Assembly: GCA_025786725.1 (NCBI GenBank)
Contig: JAHLTZ010000001.1
Coordinates: forward strand, 248,001 to 312,000
DNA from: Syncephalis fuscata S228
Taxonomy: Eukaryota > Fungi > Zoopagomycota
Reading direction: 5' to 3'
Length of the DNA stretch: 64,000 nucleotides
A program made the translations under genes and the position numbers. Positions 23,908 through 38,579 of this stretch are shown here, piece after piece; position 1 is the stretch's first letter; every line of letters starts with the position of its first letter. The notes below the pieces were generated by a model, which saw only the letters and a list, made by a program, of their open reading frames with translations, did not search any database and was not told the origin of the DNA.

Positions 23908-26900
23908 ATGTCGGGGCAGGCTCAACAATACTCAAACGAGAATGAGAAACGGGCCCAGGCAGCCCAGTCGCCGCTAGTTAAATGTACAGGAGATTCCAAG
24001 CATCCTAATCTTACGCTAAGCAATGCGTATTTCTACTTTCCGCCCCAAAGTGGCCAATTTGAATTGGTGAACGATACGACATTGCACACGCATATCTTGC
24101 ATCCCAGTCCAGAAACTGGCAATTTACTCGTGGGCATGGTTGTCTTTAAAATCGCACCAATTATCGGTCCAAATTTACATGAAGTCTATGCTGCTGTGGC
24201 ATTCGACACAGGTTTACAGCACGAAGAGCCACCGCAGATGTGTGGTCGTATTTTAACCACTGAGCGTGGTTTTGATTTTAACAAAGAACCTAATCAATTA
24301 AGAACCTACTATGACCGAGCAATTTCGCACTCGCTTCGACCTCTCGTCGGTCCACAGTTTATTCAAGGCAAACTGTTTAATGAGATTTTTATGCTAAAGT
24401 ATTCACTTGCTAGCACGGAGCCTGGAGAGCCTTTTGCTTTAAACGTCGAGCTATTGCAACACGAAGACCAAGGTCGACCAAGACTTTATGATGTTGAATA
24501 TATGGAACTGCCATAGTAAGTATACATTTTGCGGCTAATGTTTTAGTTAATTAATATTGTTTGTAGCCCAAGTTCGGCGCAGAAACGAGAAAGTGCTGCT
24601 GCATTCAAATCAGACCTAGGCAAGTAAATAGTGCCTGCATCTATTTTAGTTACTAACAATTAATACAGGTGGCGGCGGATTTCTTAGCCATTCATTATCA
24701 CCAACGCCCTTTGACATTGTTGCAACATTGGACACAGGATATGGCGATTTCAGCTACGGTGATAATGAGCAGGATTATGTGGATTCTGGATACTCTTCAG
24801 TGACCATTCGGTTTATCAACAATCATCCAGATATTCTACTTACGAATAGGCATCAGTATACGCATAAAGGTACAGTGGAACTAGAAACCAATCAAACAAT
24901 ACCTTGGAATATGCCAGAAGAGTATAAGGTGGCAAAGTACAGCGGTGAAGAGACATCGGCCATTATTGTATTTGAAGTAAAGGCGGCAAAGTTAGCGTCT
25001 CAAATAAACCATCCATATGATCGTCTTTTTCTCGCTGTTGCCGGCCGACATTATTCGCAACAAAACGAAGAAGAAGACGATGGAATCTACGACTCTGGTC
25101 CAATGACGGAGACAACATCAATCGACGAGACTTGCACTTTTCTCTTTCGAACAGATAGTCCAAATTTCCCCGAACGAGATTTATTACTGCAGCGTCTTTA
25201 CGAACATCAAGCCGTTCATTTATTTGGATCAACGACAGATGCCGAACCTATGAGTTGGATTTACTCACTTGATAATCAGTTGTCATTTATTGTTAAATCC
25301 AACAGTACAGGAGATGATGGACGAGTTGCCATCGACATCTCCATTGACCAATTGACTTTGAATAATACAGATCAAGAGGGTATACCGATGCTATGTGGAC
25401 AAACACCACTAATGGGGCCCATACTAAATGTTTCTTTTAGTGGATTTAGGTATTTGTTAACTTAATGCTTATTGATAATTTCTAATAATGCAATCTTAGT
25501 TGGCATTGTTCAAATGCATTTGATGCAGTTAAAAAGGAGATCAGTTCTAATTTATCGTGGAAAGAGGGCCAGTTTATTCAATTAATTGAAAATGCCACTC
25601 AAGCTACACCATTGGAGCTTGTACAAATCTGGTCTAGCAAACATCTTAAACATCTACCAACTAGCTCAAGCCAAGCTGGTCGATTGAAAAGTGACAAATT
25701 TGAATTACGACATGTAACTATGTTTAACTCAAGCGAAAAGCTTCATTATGGTCTTTATCAGCTTGAAGTGGCACCAGCTTCTACTCAGGAAACCAACTTG
25801 ATGTGTGGACCATATTTACTTGTACATCATGATGAATATGCCACAGCATCAACAGTTTTATTTTTGGAAAACATGCCACTTGATTACCTTACCGAACATA
25901 TAATACCCTTTTAAAGGATCAAGAATTTTTGTTGTATTTCGGTGCTATGATTTCTGTCTATCAAAATATTTATTTGAATGATTCAGCTTCAGTGGTTTTA
26001 AAGGCTTTTCGCACATATCCTGAAGTTAATGAAAAGATGCACATTGTTAAACCGGCCGTTGTTACTTTATCCGTCCTGGACCATGCGGAATATGAACACA
26101 ACAAATCAAATATTACTTCATTTAGTGTAAGTATATTAGCTATTGTAATAACTAATATTAACTAGTATTATAGGATAACTCGTCAAATACAATGGTGCCT
26201 TATTTCCGTATACATCACAACAATCAACATACTAACTTCTCGCTTGATTTTCCTTCAATATGTTGTGTTGGATACAATAGAAAACATGAAGATATACAAA
26301 ACAAAGATGATTTGCTGGTAGATGCTGATGATGTAATTCAATACAAGGCAACCACGACAGATGCAACGAATGAGCGTGTAGTTTTCATGGAATATCAGCT
26401 ACTCGACGAGGATAGTGCTGCACGCTCTTCAGACAAGATCCGATTATTTAGTCATATTCAGGAACAATCTAAATCTGAAATAGTTGTTAATGTCGAACTC
26501 AATTGGCATCAGGGAGAACGCTGTGTATCTGGATATGCTACTATGAATACCAATTATCAGCCCGATAATAATGATGATGGCAATAACCGACATTTACTTG
26601 TGGAAGGATATATTAAAGATAGTATTCGCTGTTTTGTCTCTATTTATCTATTCGAAACACCAGCTGAAAGCTCATATGACGTTTTATTTTTGACAACAAA
26701 TAGTCTTGCTGAGGTAAGTAATAACAATCAGAATTATCATATATTTATTTACGGAGTATTAGATGCGTGGAATTATGCGTACTACACTGGATAAACTCAA
26801 TATTGTCGATTGTCGATTTGATGAACCAATTTATCCTTTGGTAAGTGTTTGAAATAACAAATTTTAAATCATTAATTTATTAATTAAATTCGTCATAATA

Positions 26901-29900
26901 ACAATAAGGTAATGGATAATACTACTGATCAATCACTCGGTGATTTACAACTAGGAATCGTTAATTTCACGGTGGATACAAGCATGGCTGATGCGACTGA
27001 GGTAAATGATAATTATTAAAACTATAGTACATTTATTTACAAGTATTAGACACGTGAACTTGTGCATATAATTTGGATCAACTTGGTATTGCTGATTGGC
27101 AAATTAATGAACTACCTGATATGCAGTAGGTTTTTGAAATAACAAACTGCATATTAGTAATTTACTAATTGAATTTGCTGTAATAATAATAAGATGATGG
27201 AAAACACTGTTGATCAATCGCTTAGCAAGTCACAAGTAAAACTCACTAATGCTATTTTGTACACACGCAATAATAACCTCGACAATGAATGCAATCTTGA
27301 TTTGGAAGATAACCAGTCTATTAATGTTCCAACAGAGATTTGTGAACACGGCTGTGTTGTTTGGCGAGTAGATCTTACCGAAAATACAGCAGATGGAAAT
27401 AATGTCGATATAGCAACAATTCCTCACTACATTGGCTTGGTATGGAAAACTAATACCAATCCCAATGTGGCAAAACTTGGTCACTCTTTTGACTTCATAC
27501 AGGGACAGGCCAGCGATAACGCGAACGAAACAGCTATTAGTACTGCTGTCTATATGTTCACGTCAGAAGAGCCGGTAACGCCAAACAAGATGCTATTTAT
27601 GCGGATTCTCATGCATATGGATCCTTTATTGTCAGGTACTAATGATAGTAAATTTACTTATGTAACACCTACTGGTCAACAATTTGGAATTAGCGTCAAA
27701 ATAGTCGATGAATCACTAAAGTCGCTTTGCGTCCAACTATATCAACAAGAAAAATTAGTAACTTGTAATTCAGTCGATGAGTTTACTTCACTTGAAGGCG
27801 TAGTATTATCATTGCCAAAATGCTTGTATGGGTAAGTAATAATTATAAACTATTTACAAAATATTAATATTTGATTTAAATAGATTCAATAGCAAAGAAT
27901 CATTTTATAAAATGCACACAAATACAAAATCATTTGCAAATCGGTTTTCAGTTGTGCTGGAAAAAACATCTGCCAATATTGATTATGAATTGATCGAGTG
28001 CTGGACACATCCGCAATTGTGGAAACAATCTAAAGAATGGCCCGATGTTGTATTAAGTAGTATTAATGTGATCTGTAGTATACCAACAACTTCAGAATTA
28101 TTGAACAAGATCAGCTTTGCAAGATATACAAAATATCATACAAATATGCAATGGAGCCTTGTATACAGGACTATCTGGTTCTTGGTATAGTAGGTGGCCA
28201 AATAGGTGTTACGGTAGTGAAGCACACTATGCTACAAAACAGTCAATTGTTTGTCAGCTCTATTACGCGATTATTACGCAAAAGTGGTGGTATTCAAGCA
28301 ATTACACCATTGATACAGTTTGAACAGCAATTTGATTTAGATTCAGAGAATAGCTTGCATATCCGTGGCTATTTTACACCTGGCAAGACATCGGTTGTTC
28401 ATTTAAGCACATTGATTAAGCCGATAAATTTGACTCAAGTAGCAAATTCTATTCCTCTGCTCGGATCTAGTACAGGTATTAAATTGCTACTAGCAATCTG
28501 TTTATTTATTTAAATTACTAATTTAATTATAGGAAAAATACAGCTTGCTGTGTATAACTTTAATGAAGAAATTGATATTCAGTTTAAAGAGTTGGCATCT
28601 ACTGGTACTCAGTCGGATGAGGCCCAACCGATTGGTTTAGAACAAAGCAGCGCTGCTTATTGTTTTACTCGATCGATGGAAATATCGAACGCTCTTTCGA
28701 CACATATCCAGTTTGATATTATGGATAAAGCAACGCAAGATATCTACTGTAAATTGGACATTAACATGCAGGAACATTTATCCGAAAACAATTTATCGGA
28801 ATATGTAGAAGCATCTTGTATGCTAATAGCTAATACGAAGCAAGAGGACGAAGAAGAAGAAGCGGCTTTGGATCCAGCTGTTCCTGGCTATACTTGTGGC
28901 TCATATAATACTACTGTTCGACTGGAGAAAAAGCAAAATGCTTCATCGCCCACGGAACATCGCATATTTACAGAAATTAATAAGATGCAAGAAGATGAAG
29001 AAGTGTGCTTGGTATCAGATGCCTCTGGATATAATTCTAATTTATATGATACTATTTCCCCACTGAACAAAAAACAAGCTGTTCCACTTTCCGCAGACTA
29101 TTACAAGTCTACGGAAATATATACTCGTGGTAGTAATAGATGTTTTGCAACAGTTTATCTCAACTATACACAAAGTACTGGTTTGAATTGCATAGTAGTT
29201 CTTACGGAAAAATTAGATGAGGTAATATAGGTTTAATTAGCTAATTTAATATTAATACAAGACAGCATTGCTAATATAATTACAACATATAGGCTGTTGT
29301 ACAATTAAGGGGTATACATGATAGGCTAAACAATGCCATAGATAATACCATTATAAACATGAATTATTTTAATCTTATCAACAGTAAGTATTGTATGCAG
29401 ATCAATTAAATGTACTAATTAGTATATAATAGCAACATTCCTTACAACAGGACTTGATCAGGTAAATTATATCCATGCGTATTTGTTTCGATAATAGATA
29501 CGCTAACATAATTACAAATCAACTAGATTGAAGTAAGCGGAACTCAGATCGCTAATCCCGCAGCCAAAATTGCTAGTAGTAACAGAAAGGGTAAGTTTAA
29601 TATGAAATAGATTGTTATAATAACCATAAATGTTAACATTAATATTATTTGATCTGCTTAGATAAAACCAATGCAAATAATTCACTGGCCACAACATACG
29701 ACTCTGTGGCATGTAACATTAAGCAAGATAAATTTAAAGACTAACACGCAAATATAGGGCGATATTAAGGATAATGGTATAATACTTCGTATATGGATGC
29801 CCGACTCTAGCAAATCCAATCGACCAATATACGTAAATGTCAATAAAACTGCTATGGCGGTAGATGTCATTGGCTATGTTATTGCCCAGTATACTGAGAA

Positions 29901-32085
29901 ATACCAAGAACCGGAATTGAAGGATAAATTGGATCCAAGCTTTTGGAATATACAAATCACCGGAAACAGGCATACAGATACAAAGAAATTATGTATGTAG
30001 CTATATATCATATTTATTTTACTAACGATATTATTTACTACTTAGCATTGACAAGACTGCAGCCAATTCAAGAGTTTGGTTCTAGAGAATTTAATATTTA
30101 TCTAGCCACAGAAACTCAAAGTAAGTATAAGCATTTTTGATAAACATTAATTAAAAAATTAATTAAAACAGGATTGGGGAACTATGCAATTGCAGGAGTG
30201 TACGAATCGACTAAGAAAACAAATGATAATAATAATCTAGATTTAGTTTCGAATGCTACAACAAAATCATCAATCCATACTACAGTTTAGTAAGCTGATC
30301 TATAATTACAGTAACGACAATAACTGATAATAACAATAATAATAATATAATTTATAGCCACCGTCCAATAATGCCAGTATACCACCTGCTCCGCCACTAC
30401 CGCCTATGTCATATGCAGAAACATTTCAACATAGACCACCAGCTAACACATCCGTTCCTTCCCGGCTTCAAAACATTATCGAATTTCACGCATTTCACAA
30501 CCTTTACGGCCTACAATAATTTCACCGGTTTTATCAGCTCCGCCACCTCCACCACCTCAATCAGCTCTACCGGTTCCTCCAGTCATTCCAAGCTTTTCGT
30601 TTGGTGTACCAACCAGTTCTACAAATTTACCAGATTATGGTACTGGCACACTTGATTCCTTTGATTTTGACACGGCTGATTTCAACAATACTGATTTTGG
30701 CGCAACCGATTTTAGCTCCAAAGAGTACCATGCTCTTTGGAGTACACCAGCCAACTCTAACTACTCGACAAACACTCCTATGTATGAGCCAGTTAGTCCT
30801 GCTTATTCACCAACCAGTCCTGGTGGCTCACCAGCCAATCCTAGATATTCATCAGGCAGTCCTAATTATACACCATCCAGTCCTACACATTCATCCATGC
30901 CGCCAGACAATCAGAATTTATCCGATACAATGGATGAGCAATATCAAGCTGATGTCTCTTTAACTATTGATGAAATAGACTCGGCCACTTCTGAAAAGTC
31001 TAAATCAAATATCCAGCTTTCTAAGGTTTGTTTTAAAACTATATTATAAATACATAATTATAACGTCTTACAACATTTTAGAAAACAAGCAGCACAGATG
31101 GTGGATTAGACAGTAATTACGAAACGGGACAAACTTACAATGACGAAGAGTTATGGGTACAGTATTTGATTATTAAGTGATACTAAGTTATTAATTTTAT
31201 TTATTTAATAACAGAATATCATGGACAATATTCTCGATCCTCAAATCATATCTAATTCATTGAAAGTGAATATTCGGGTATTATTTAATTAGTATAACTA
31301 AATCATGTGTATTAATTTGTAATTTATTAGGAACAAGTAAAGCAAGTAATTCAAATGATTGATGCAGCGGCTGTTAATCCTGGTTTATTGGTAAGATGTT
31401 TATAATATGCTTATCCTTTGAGTAAAGACTGACAACTTGTAATAAGAAAACTTTCCGGTATAGAATTGCAAAGACTGGATTGGATGGATCATGCATGAAA
31501 ATAATGGTATATAAAGGCTTCAACGAGCCAATGGAATTAAAACTCTTAGCCATTGAAAGGGATCAAAACAATCAAATATTTGAATGTTTTGAAGGCTATG
31601 ACGAACGACCAGATCGTATCGTTGTATTTTTTGAAGCAGAAACGCTATTATCGGCATCTACAATATTTAATGAAGAATCTGCAGGCTGGAATGATGGCAT
31701 ATATCAAATAGCAATGGAGCATAATTATAAACCCATCTATGAAAGTAGTTTACAGTTTTATAAAACAAAAAAAAGTTCTAAACATAAATTTACATTTAAC
31801 CAATCAAGCCAGGAGACAGCTAGCTCCACTAGCCGACGCAGTAAATATGTTTACCAGCAGACCATAGAATTTGATGATGAGCACCATTCCGTCAATATTC
31901 ATTACACCTTTAGTGATAACTCCCAAGCTTATCGGCCAACTGAAGAGATATTAACATTTGCAACTGAAGATATATTTAAATCTGCAGCATCTAAAAAATC
32001 TAAATGGTCGCTTAGTCGAGCTATGGGCAATATTTTTAATCCAAAAGGTAGTGGCTCTCGCAAGTCAGATGATAATCCAAAATAG
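23908..32085 (+). CDS. Very large multi-exon orphan protein: about 7-8 divergent beta-rich repeats, CRIM-like domain, Pro-rich region and CTD-like heptads
   Basis: Successive ORFs are joined in frame by short GT/GC-AG introns at the junctions I checked (e.g. ~24515, ~24619 GC donor, ~25450, ~29221-29757). Three 1-bp frameshifts occur in homopolymers. A single-gene model is likely but not verified at every junction. Confidence 0.7.
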
Positions 32086-32407
32086 AACATTTATTTGAGT
32101 AGTATAGTTTTATTATTCTCAACTAGTTGGGTGATGCGATTTAATAAAACTGTGTTTAACAAGATTGAAATAGTGTGCAAATTAATAAACAATTCAGTTT
32201 GTGCAATAGATTATTCTGTTTAATTTATAGGATAATATTTGGTAGCATCAATTTGTTAACATTATAAAACAATAAATAACATGTAAACATTGTGCTATTG
32301 TAAACGTAGGCAATAATAAATATAAATGCTATTGTTGATCGACCGAAGATACAAATGCTATTAAAACGCGAATAAAATGTAAATGGCTGAAATATAAATA
32401 TTTGATA

Positions 32408-33767
32408 TTAGACGTTGTCGTCAGAATAGGCATAAGTTCCAAAGGCTGGATAAAGCACAGAGAACAGAATAAGAAATACGCCCAAAGAAACGGTGATAGT
32501 GCCTGCTACACGCAAAGTATGCGCATCTTTGTTAAGCCATTGGCGGGCATGATTAAATCGATTACGAAGACTATTTGCCCCTGGTCCAACGGTAACAAGA
32601 GCCGGTGCATTCTTACTAGGCGAGTTGCCACCTTCTGTTTCTAATGGACGATGTTTTATACGAAGTTGCTTGCGTCGTCGCCGGTACATAATGCAAATGA
32701 CTACACCAAGCATCGAGATAATCAACCCGGCCAGCATAACCCAGACATATGTTTCCAAGAACTGTTGGACTGAAACGTCCATGCTATTGTCTGCTGAGCG
32801 ACAAACTCTATGCATCAAGTCTTCGTTTGCTTCACATAATCCACCGATGCACTATTATATTGTTATACACGCCATCAATGATTGATTAGTATTTATGTTG
32901 CACTCACAACACTGTACTAATTACCTGATTGCCACCATTACATCCGTGATAGTCTTGTTTACGGGCATAGCAAATATTGTCCTTACCACAGAAAGCATCA
33001 ATATTACAATTACCGAATGTTGACCATGAATTATCAAGGAAATTATCATTGCCGAATTTACGCACTAATTGTTGCACCAAGGTTGAATCACTGGGCCGAG
33101 GGCATCGCCGACATTGACTCGAAGTGGCTACTCCTTGTTGTATAGCCTGTGTTTCATTTAGAACCATTGCTATAGGCCATGCTGGCGATTGACCCACAAT
33201 GCAATAGTCAAGTGGCGTACTATTGCCAGTCGAATCATCTGCTTTATTAGCAATACTTGGAAGTGCTGCTATATTGCTTATGGGTGTGCACTCTGTTCTA
33301 CTTTTAGTAACTTGACATACACTATCCTGAGGACAGTAAGGTTCAAAAAGATTCAGATTGCATGAACCATCAGCTGGAAATGTATAATTTCTTGCAGCAT
33401 TCATTGTAGATGTTGTTGGTGCTGCACTGTTGGATTGCGGTGTAGTTGCAGTTTGAAGTACACTACTAGGTGATGTTATGCTATTAGCACTGGTTGGTGG
33501 TATGTTGCTAGCACTGGCTGGTGATATGCTGTTAATACTGGGTGCTGGTGGTAGTGGTGTGTTATTGGTGCTAGGTGCAACTAATGTAGGACTCGTTGGT
33601 GTTGGTGCTATACCCGTTGTCTGCCCAGGTGGTAAACTAGGTGCTACTGTAGGTGCCGTGGCCGCTACCGGAACAGATGGTGTAGCTGCAGGAGGGGCAT
33701 TGAATATACTAGGAAAGCCAAATTGAGTGGCCACCGAAGTAATAAAAGCATGGGTGTCAGTATTCAT
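32408..33767 (-). CDS. Membrane protein with Ser/Thr/Pro-rich and Cys-rich ectodomain and two TM segments; N-terminus uncertain
   Basis: Two ORFs linked by an intron (~32853-32925); TM WVMLAGLIISMLGVVICIMY followed by RRRRK; second hydrophobic segment near the C-terminus. Confidence 0.75.
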
Positions 33768-35507
33768 GCTATTGAAGCAAATCTATTAATTCAATAAAAT
33801 AGGTAAAATATCAAGAATGATAGCCAAGAATGTAGTGTTAGCGTATAAAGGATAAATGTGATAAATCTACAGCATATTAATAACAACAACAACAGCAATA
33901 ATAATAATAATAGCCTTGTTGGCTATTAATATCGCTTGAATAAGGGGTATAGTGTCGTTTTGTATATTACCTGCACTGGTTTTACGATATATAAATACCG
34001 CGTTAGAGACTGAACCGGTTTCCGTTCAGCAGTGTTGATGGTACTGAGTGGATAACTGTGCCAAGATATGTAAATGTTTCGGCGCTTTGTGTGCGTTAAA
34101 TACGCTTTAACTATTCGTGTAATAATACTAAATAAAGTTCAAGTGTACTATTACCACTACTACAGCAACAATAGATTTAAAGTGATGCCGTTATGCTAAA
34201 GTGTTGTTGTTAATGCCAATGCTTAGATGCAGAAAAGGAGACAAAGCCGTCGGTCAACGCCAATACTCAAGTTTCATATAGAGCTATGACACGGCATGAA
34301 ATAAAAAATAGATACAAAAGTAAACGACCTCATGGGCCCAGTAAATAGAAAAACGTTTTATTTAAATTGCCAAAAATAGTACAAACTGGGTGTACCTTTG
34401 ACCGCCTTTGTAGAAAAGATCATATAGTGCTTCCATTGGAATATTGGCATGGAAACAGCGGCTAGTCATAGTCGAAACTCTTTTGTAGATGTGCCGAATG
34501 CAGAACAATGATATTGCCCATTCATATTTAGCGCATTATGCCGTGCATACCTGTACTTTGCAATGTAAATGGGCACCCGCATACAATAAATAGATAGCAT
34601 CGATTAACATTGTTCACAATCTCCATTTAATTTATAAAATACCCATGATGTCATAGGTGGTCAAGTAGTTATTTGAAAGCAAACAAATCAATGTATGTAG
34701 ATTACGACTAAGAAGTAGTAGCACCGCCGCACAGCGAACAGAGCCCGTGTTGTAGTAATGGTCATGGTGGTGGTGATGTGGTAGTATAGTAGTAGTAGTA
34801 GTAGTAGTAACAAATCTGGTAGCCATGTCGTTCAAGTCAAAGTCACAGTCGTGGGACAACATAGGCACGTGAATACAGCAATGCAGAAACACAAAGAAAA
34901 GCAATAAAGGAAAAAAGGACAATTTCAATGCTTGTTGTGTTACCAAAGGAATGGCCATATACTAATAATAATAATAATAGGCTCATTGATGGATAAACAT
35001 CAACATAGTGGATCGCACATTAATAAGCTGGCTTTTACATGAGTTATCTTAATAAAAATACCGCTAAAGATAGGCTTATGGTGTAATAAGCACTCGTGCA
35101 AACGAGGATAAGAAAACAGAAAAGGATAATCCCTAGCATATGAGTATATATCCGTATTGCTGTGCTGTTATCACGGCCAGTGTCGTTACCACGATCACAT
35201 TTTAACTGAAGGTCAATGGAAGAGTATGAAAGGCGCGGCAAAGGAATGGAAGATAATGAAGATGATGTTTGAGTTTAAAAAGGTAGAAAGAAGCGATAAA
35301 ATAGTGGAAGAGAGAGAGAGGAAAGAGAGAGCGAGAAAGAGAACAAGAACAAGCAAGTAATAGCCGTGGTTGTAGTTGTAATAGTCATAGTAGTCATAGT
35401 AGTAGTAGTAATAAGTAGTAGTAATATTATTGTAAAACAGACAATATTAATGCTAGACTATATTGAAATGCTAGCCGTATCGTCTTTTCTAGTTTGTTCA
35501 TAGCAGC

Positions 35508-36517
35508 TTAAAGAATAATGCAACAACCGGATGATTGAGCCTTTGGTTCCGACGGTGATTGTTGCTGAGTAGCACTATGACCGGTACCATTACGCCCACT
35601 GGCCGCCGAGATGTTGGACTGGCGTCGAATTTCACGTACTAGACTTTGGAATGCCTCGTCAATGTTCAAACGCTCTTTGGCACTCGTTTCCAAGAAGAGT
35701 GCGTTTGATTGACGGGCAAATGCATGGCCTTCTTCCGTTGTCACTTGTCGGAATTGGTGAAGATCGCTCTTGTTACCTAGAATAATAATAGGACACTGAT
35801 AAAATAGTTAATATACTAAAGTGTTAATCAGTGGTAATACATACTGGACCGTATTCCTTGGCACGATGAATCTGATCACGAATAGGTCCTAATTCCTCGA
35901 GTGATTCACGTGCTGTGATAGAGTAAACACAGATAAATCCATCACCTTGTCGCATAAATTTGTCACCAAATAAACCACTAATAGTGTACACATGTATATT
36001 ATTAATCTATCCTTTTACTTAATCTTGACTACCTACCGATATTCCTCTTGTCCAGCTGTATCTGTAATATCCAAATTACACTCAAGACCATCTATCGTAC
36101 ATGTTTTGCAATAGCAATCCTCTAATAGCATAAGTATTCAATAGTTTACAAATGGATAGATGGTTAGCATAGTTGTTGCATCAACAGGATAGCTACTTAC
36201 CAATAGTAGGATCATATCTAATAGATAGATGGTTGGTTGGTTGGTTTATTATAAAGTATAGGGTTAGTAACAGATACCAATAGATGATAAGTGCCAAGTA
36301 TTATGCTAAACTATAAAAGCCAGCATCATACAAATAGGCTCTATTTAACGAGTACTTACTCTTCAACAAATCTGATAAATACAGGTAAAACATGTAAGTC
36401 ATCTATAGATAGTATCTAGTTAATAACTTACTGATTACGTGTGAAGCTAAGTGTAATGGCGGATTTACCAACACCACCACCACCTAGCACCACAATGTTA
36501 TATTTAACCATATTCAT
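35508..36517 (-). CDS. Ras-family small GTPase with 12-nt and 17-nt microexons
   Basis: GGGGVGKS, EYDPTIED, DTAGQEEY, NKSD, ETSAK, C-terminal CCIIL CAAX. Confidence 0.94.
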
Positions 36518-38579
36518 TTTGAAAGAGGGTGAACAGACAAATGTGTATAGCCGTCAACAAAGGTGTGTGTGTGTGTGTGTAAAATAACAAGAGATATCGC
36601 AAAATCGAGATACTAAACCAATAAGACCAGGTGTAGACTATCCGCTGTACAACTATAATATAATCAATAAATCAATAAATCAGTTAGCTATATTCGTATA
36701 TATTTAAATCATAGTCACATCATAACATTTAACAGTTGTTTATATTATAATTACTATTATTATTGTAATAATATAGTATAATATAGTATAATATAATATA
36801 ATTACAGTATCCAAATACTATTGAATACAATGGTATACATAACCACACTCGACATAGTAATAGACATACCCCAGTAATAGTAATCTCAATACACAACGTA
36901 CAGTAACACACTAGACTGGATTGATAACAATCTCCAATGATATTAAGTCAATGAACACAGTGACCAGGTGCAAACTAGCAATAATATAATCAATTAAACG
37001 AAAAGAAAAAGAGTTAGTGAAACGATGCCTATGGCCTTTCACCAGATATATATGCAAACACGCATATATATATTTATATATTTATAATGGCCTTGTTGTC
37101 TAAGGACGCAGTACAAGTAGGGCGTTTGAAAGTCTAAGCCTTCATATACTGGACTAAACGGGTTTTTATCCATTGGTGGATATCTGGAGGCATAGACATG
37201 AAACCGACCATTTGCAACGATAATATTAAACAAGCAATAACCAACCAGACAAACAAAGGAGTCACCGCTGTCAACCTATAGAGCATCACGCTCTACTCGT
37301 CTATACAGACAAGTGGCCAATAACCAGATGGGGTCGCATCCAGTCAATACAGATGAAACAGACAGAGTGCTAAATTAAGCTACCATCACTAATACTTTGT
37401 AACAGTCCTTCATCTGAATCGACCATCCAACTCACAAACTATAACTACAACCAATACTAAACACAATAAACACTACTTACTCGTAGTGACAGTAACAACG
37501 GGTATGGAATGGGGCTGTTTGGTTGGTAGTTGTAATAATGTAAAAAACGATGAAGGAAATAAACGATAGTGTGTATAGTGTGGTGGTGAGTAAGTGGGCG
37601 TGCTTTTTCCATACACACACCCATACACACACACACACATTATTCCTTCCACTTGTGTGTGTGAGTGAAGCCATAGGTGAGTAAATGGCCAGTCAACCAA
37701 TCAACAGGCTTTCATGATAAAAAGGAAGTGTGTGATTAAGGAGATCACCACAAATGATGATAATGACGCTTAATAAATGTCCTCCACATTCAATGGATGG
37801 AGTGATGGATTGAGAGTGATATTCACCCACAGACGGAGTCAATATTTACTAAAAAGAAAACAGGTGGGCCAAGGTGGTAAAAAGTATATAGAAAAAAGCA
37901 TCCATATCACACCCCATGATATGACATAGTTATCAATATATGAATATTAATAAGGAAAACATGCATCGATAGATGGTTGGTTGGTTCTACGAACAACAAC
38001 AACAGCCACAGCCACAACTAGCACTATTGCTAACAGATGCTATGTGTTTGAGATTATTATGAATGGTTGGTATCAAACTTGTACAAGTACAACATCTATC
38101 CTTTCTCACAACATATAAAACACATGATATTTACCTATATTTTAGTATTAATATTAAGTGCCAATACACGAATAAGCGTTGGGCAACAATAGATAGAGAA
38201 GCCGACGAGAATAAGCTGGTTATTAACTAGAAATGGCAGATTGACAACAATAACTACTGCAGTAATTCAATAAGTAGACAAAGGGGGAGGCGCGTTGGTA
38301 TCGTTGTTGTCGTTGTTGTTAAAGATAGAGCGAGTAAGATAGTGAGTGAGTGAGTGAGTGAGTGAGTGAATACGGCACAAACTAGAGCAACAAGAAAAAG
38401 GAGCAACTTGTAACGGTACAATCAGTATCCGTTCTGGCCTATGTGCGTGCGTGGGTGTGTGTGGCTGTGTGGTGGAGTACACAGACGAGTGATTGTAGTA
38501 GATATGTAAAGACAAGCATGCAAATGGCGTAAACTGCCAAATAAAGCTAATTGATGCAAGAATGGCCTATGGAATAGTT

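Noticed and set aside
25900-25930. Programmed frameshift at CCC TTT TAA
   Set aside because: The required shift is -1 but there is no in-frame X XXY YYZ site; it matches the window-wide homopolymer deletion pattern.
36520-38560. Numerous 60-80 aa ORFs between Ras and IKS1 (also 34000-35500)
   Set aside because: Microsatellite-rich UTR or intergenic DNA with no coherent exon chain found.
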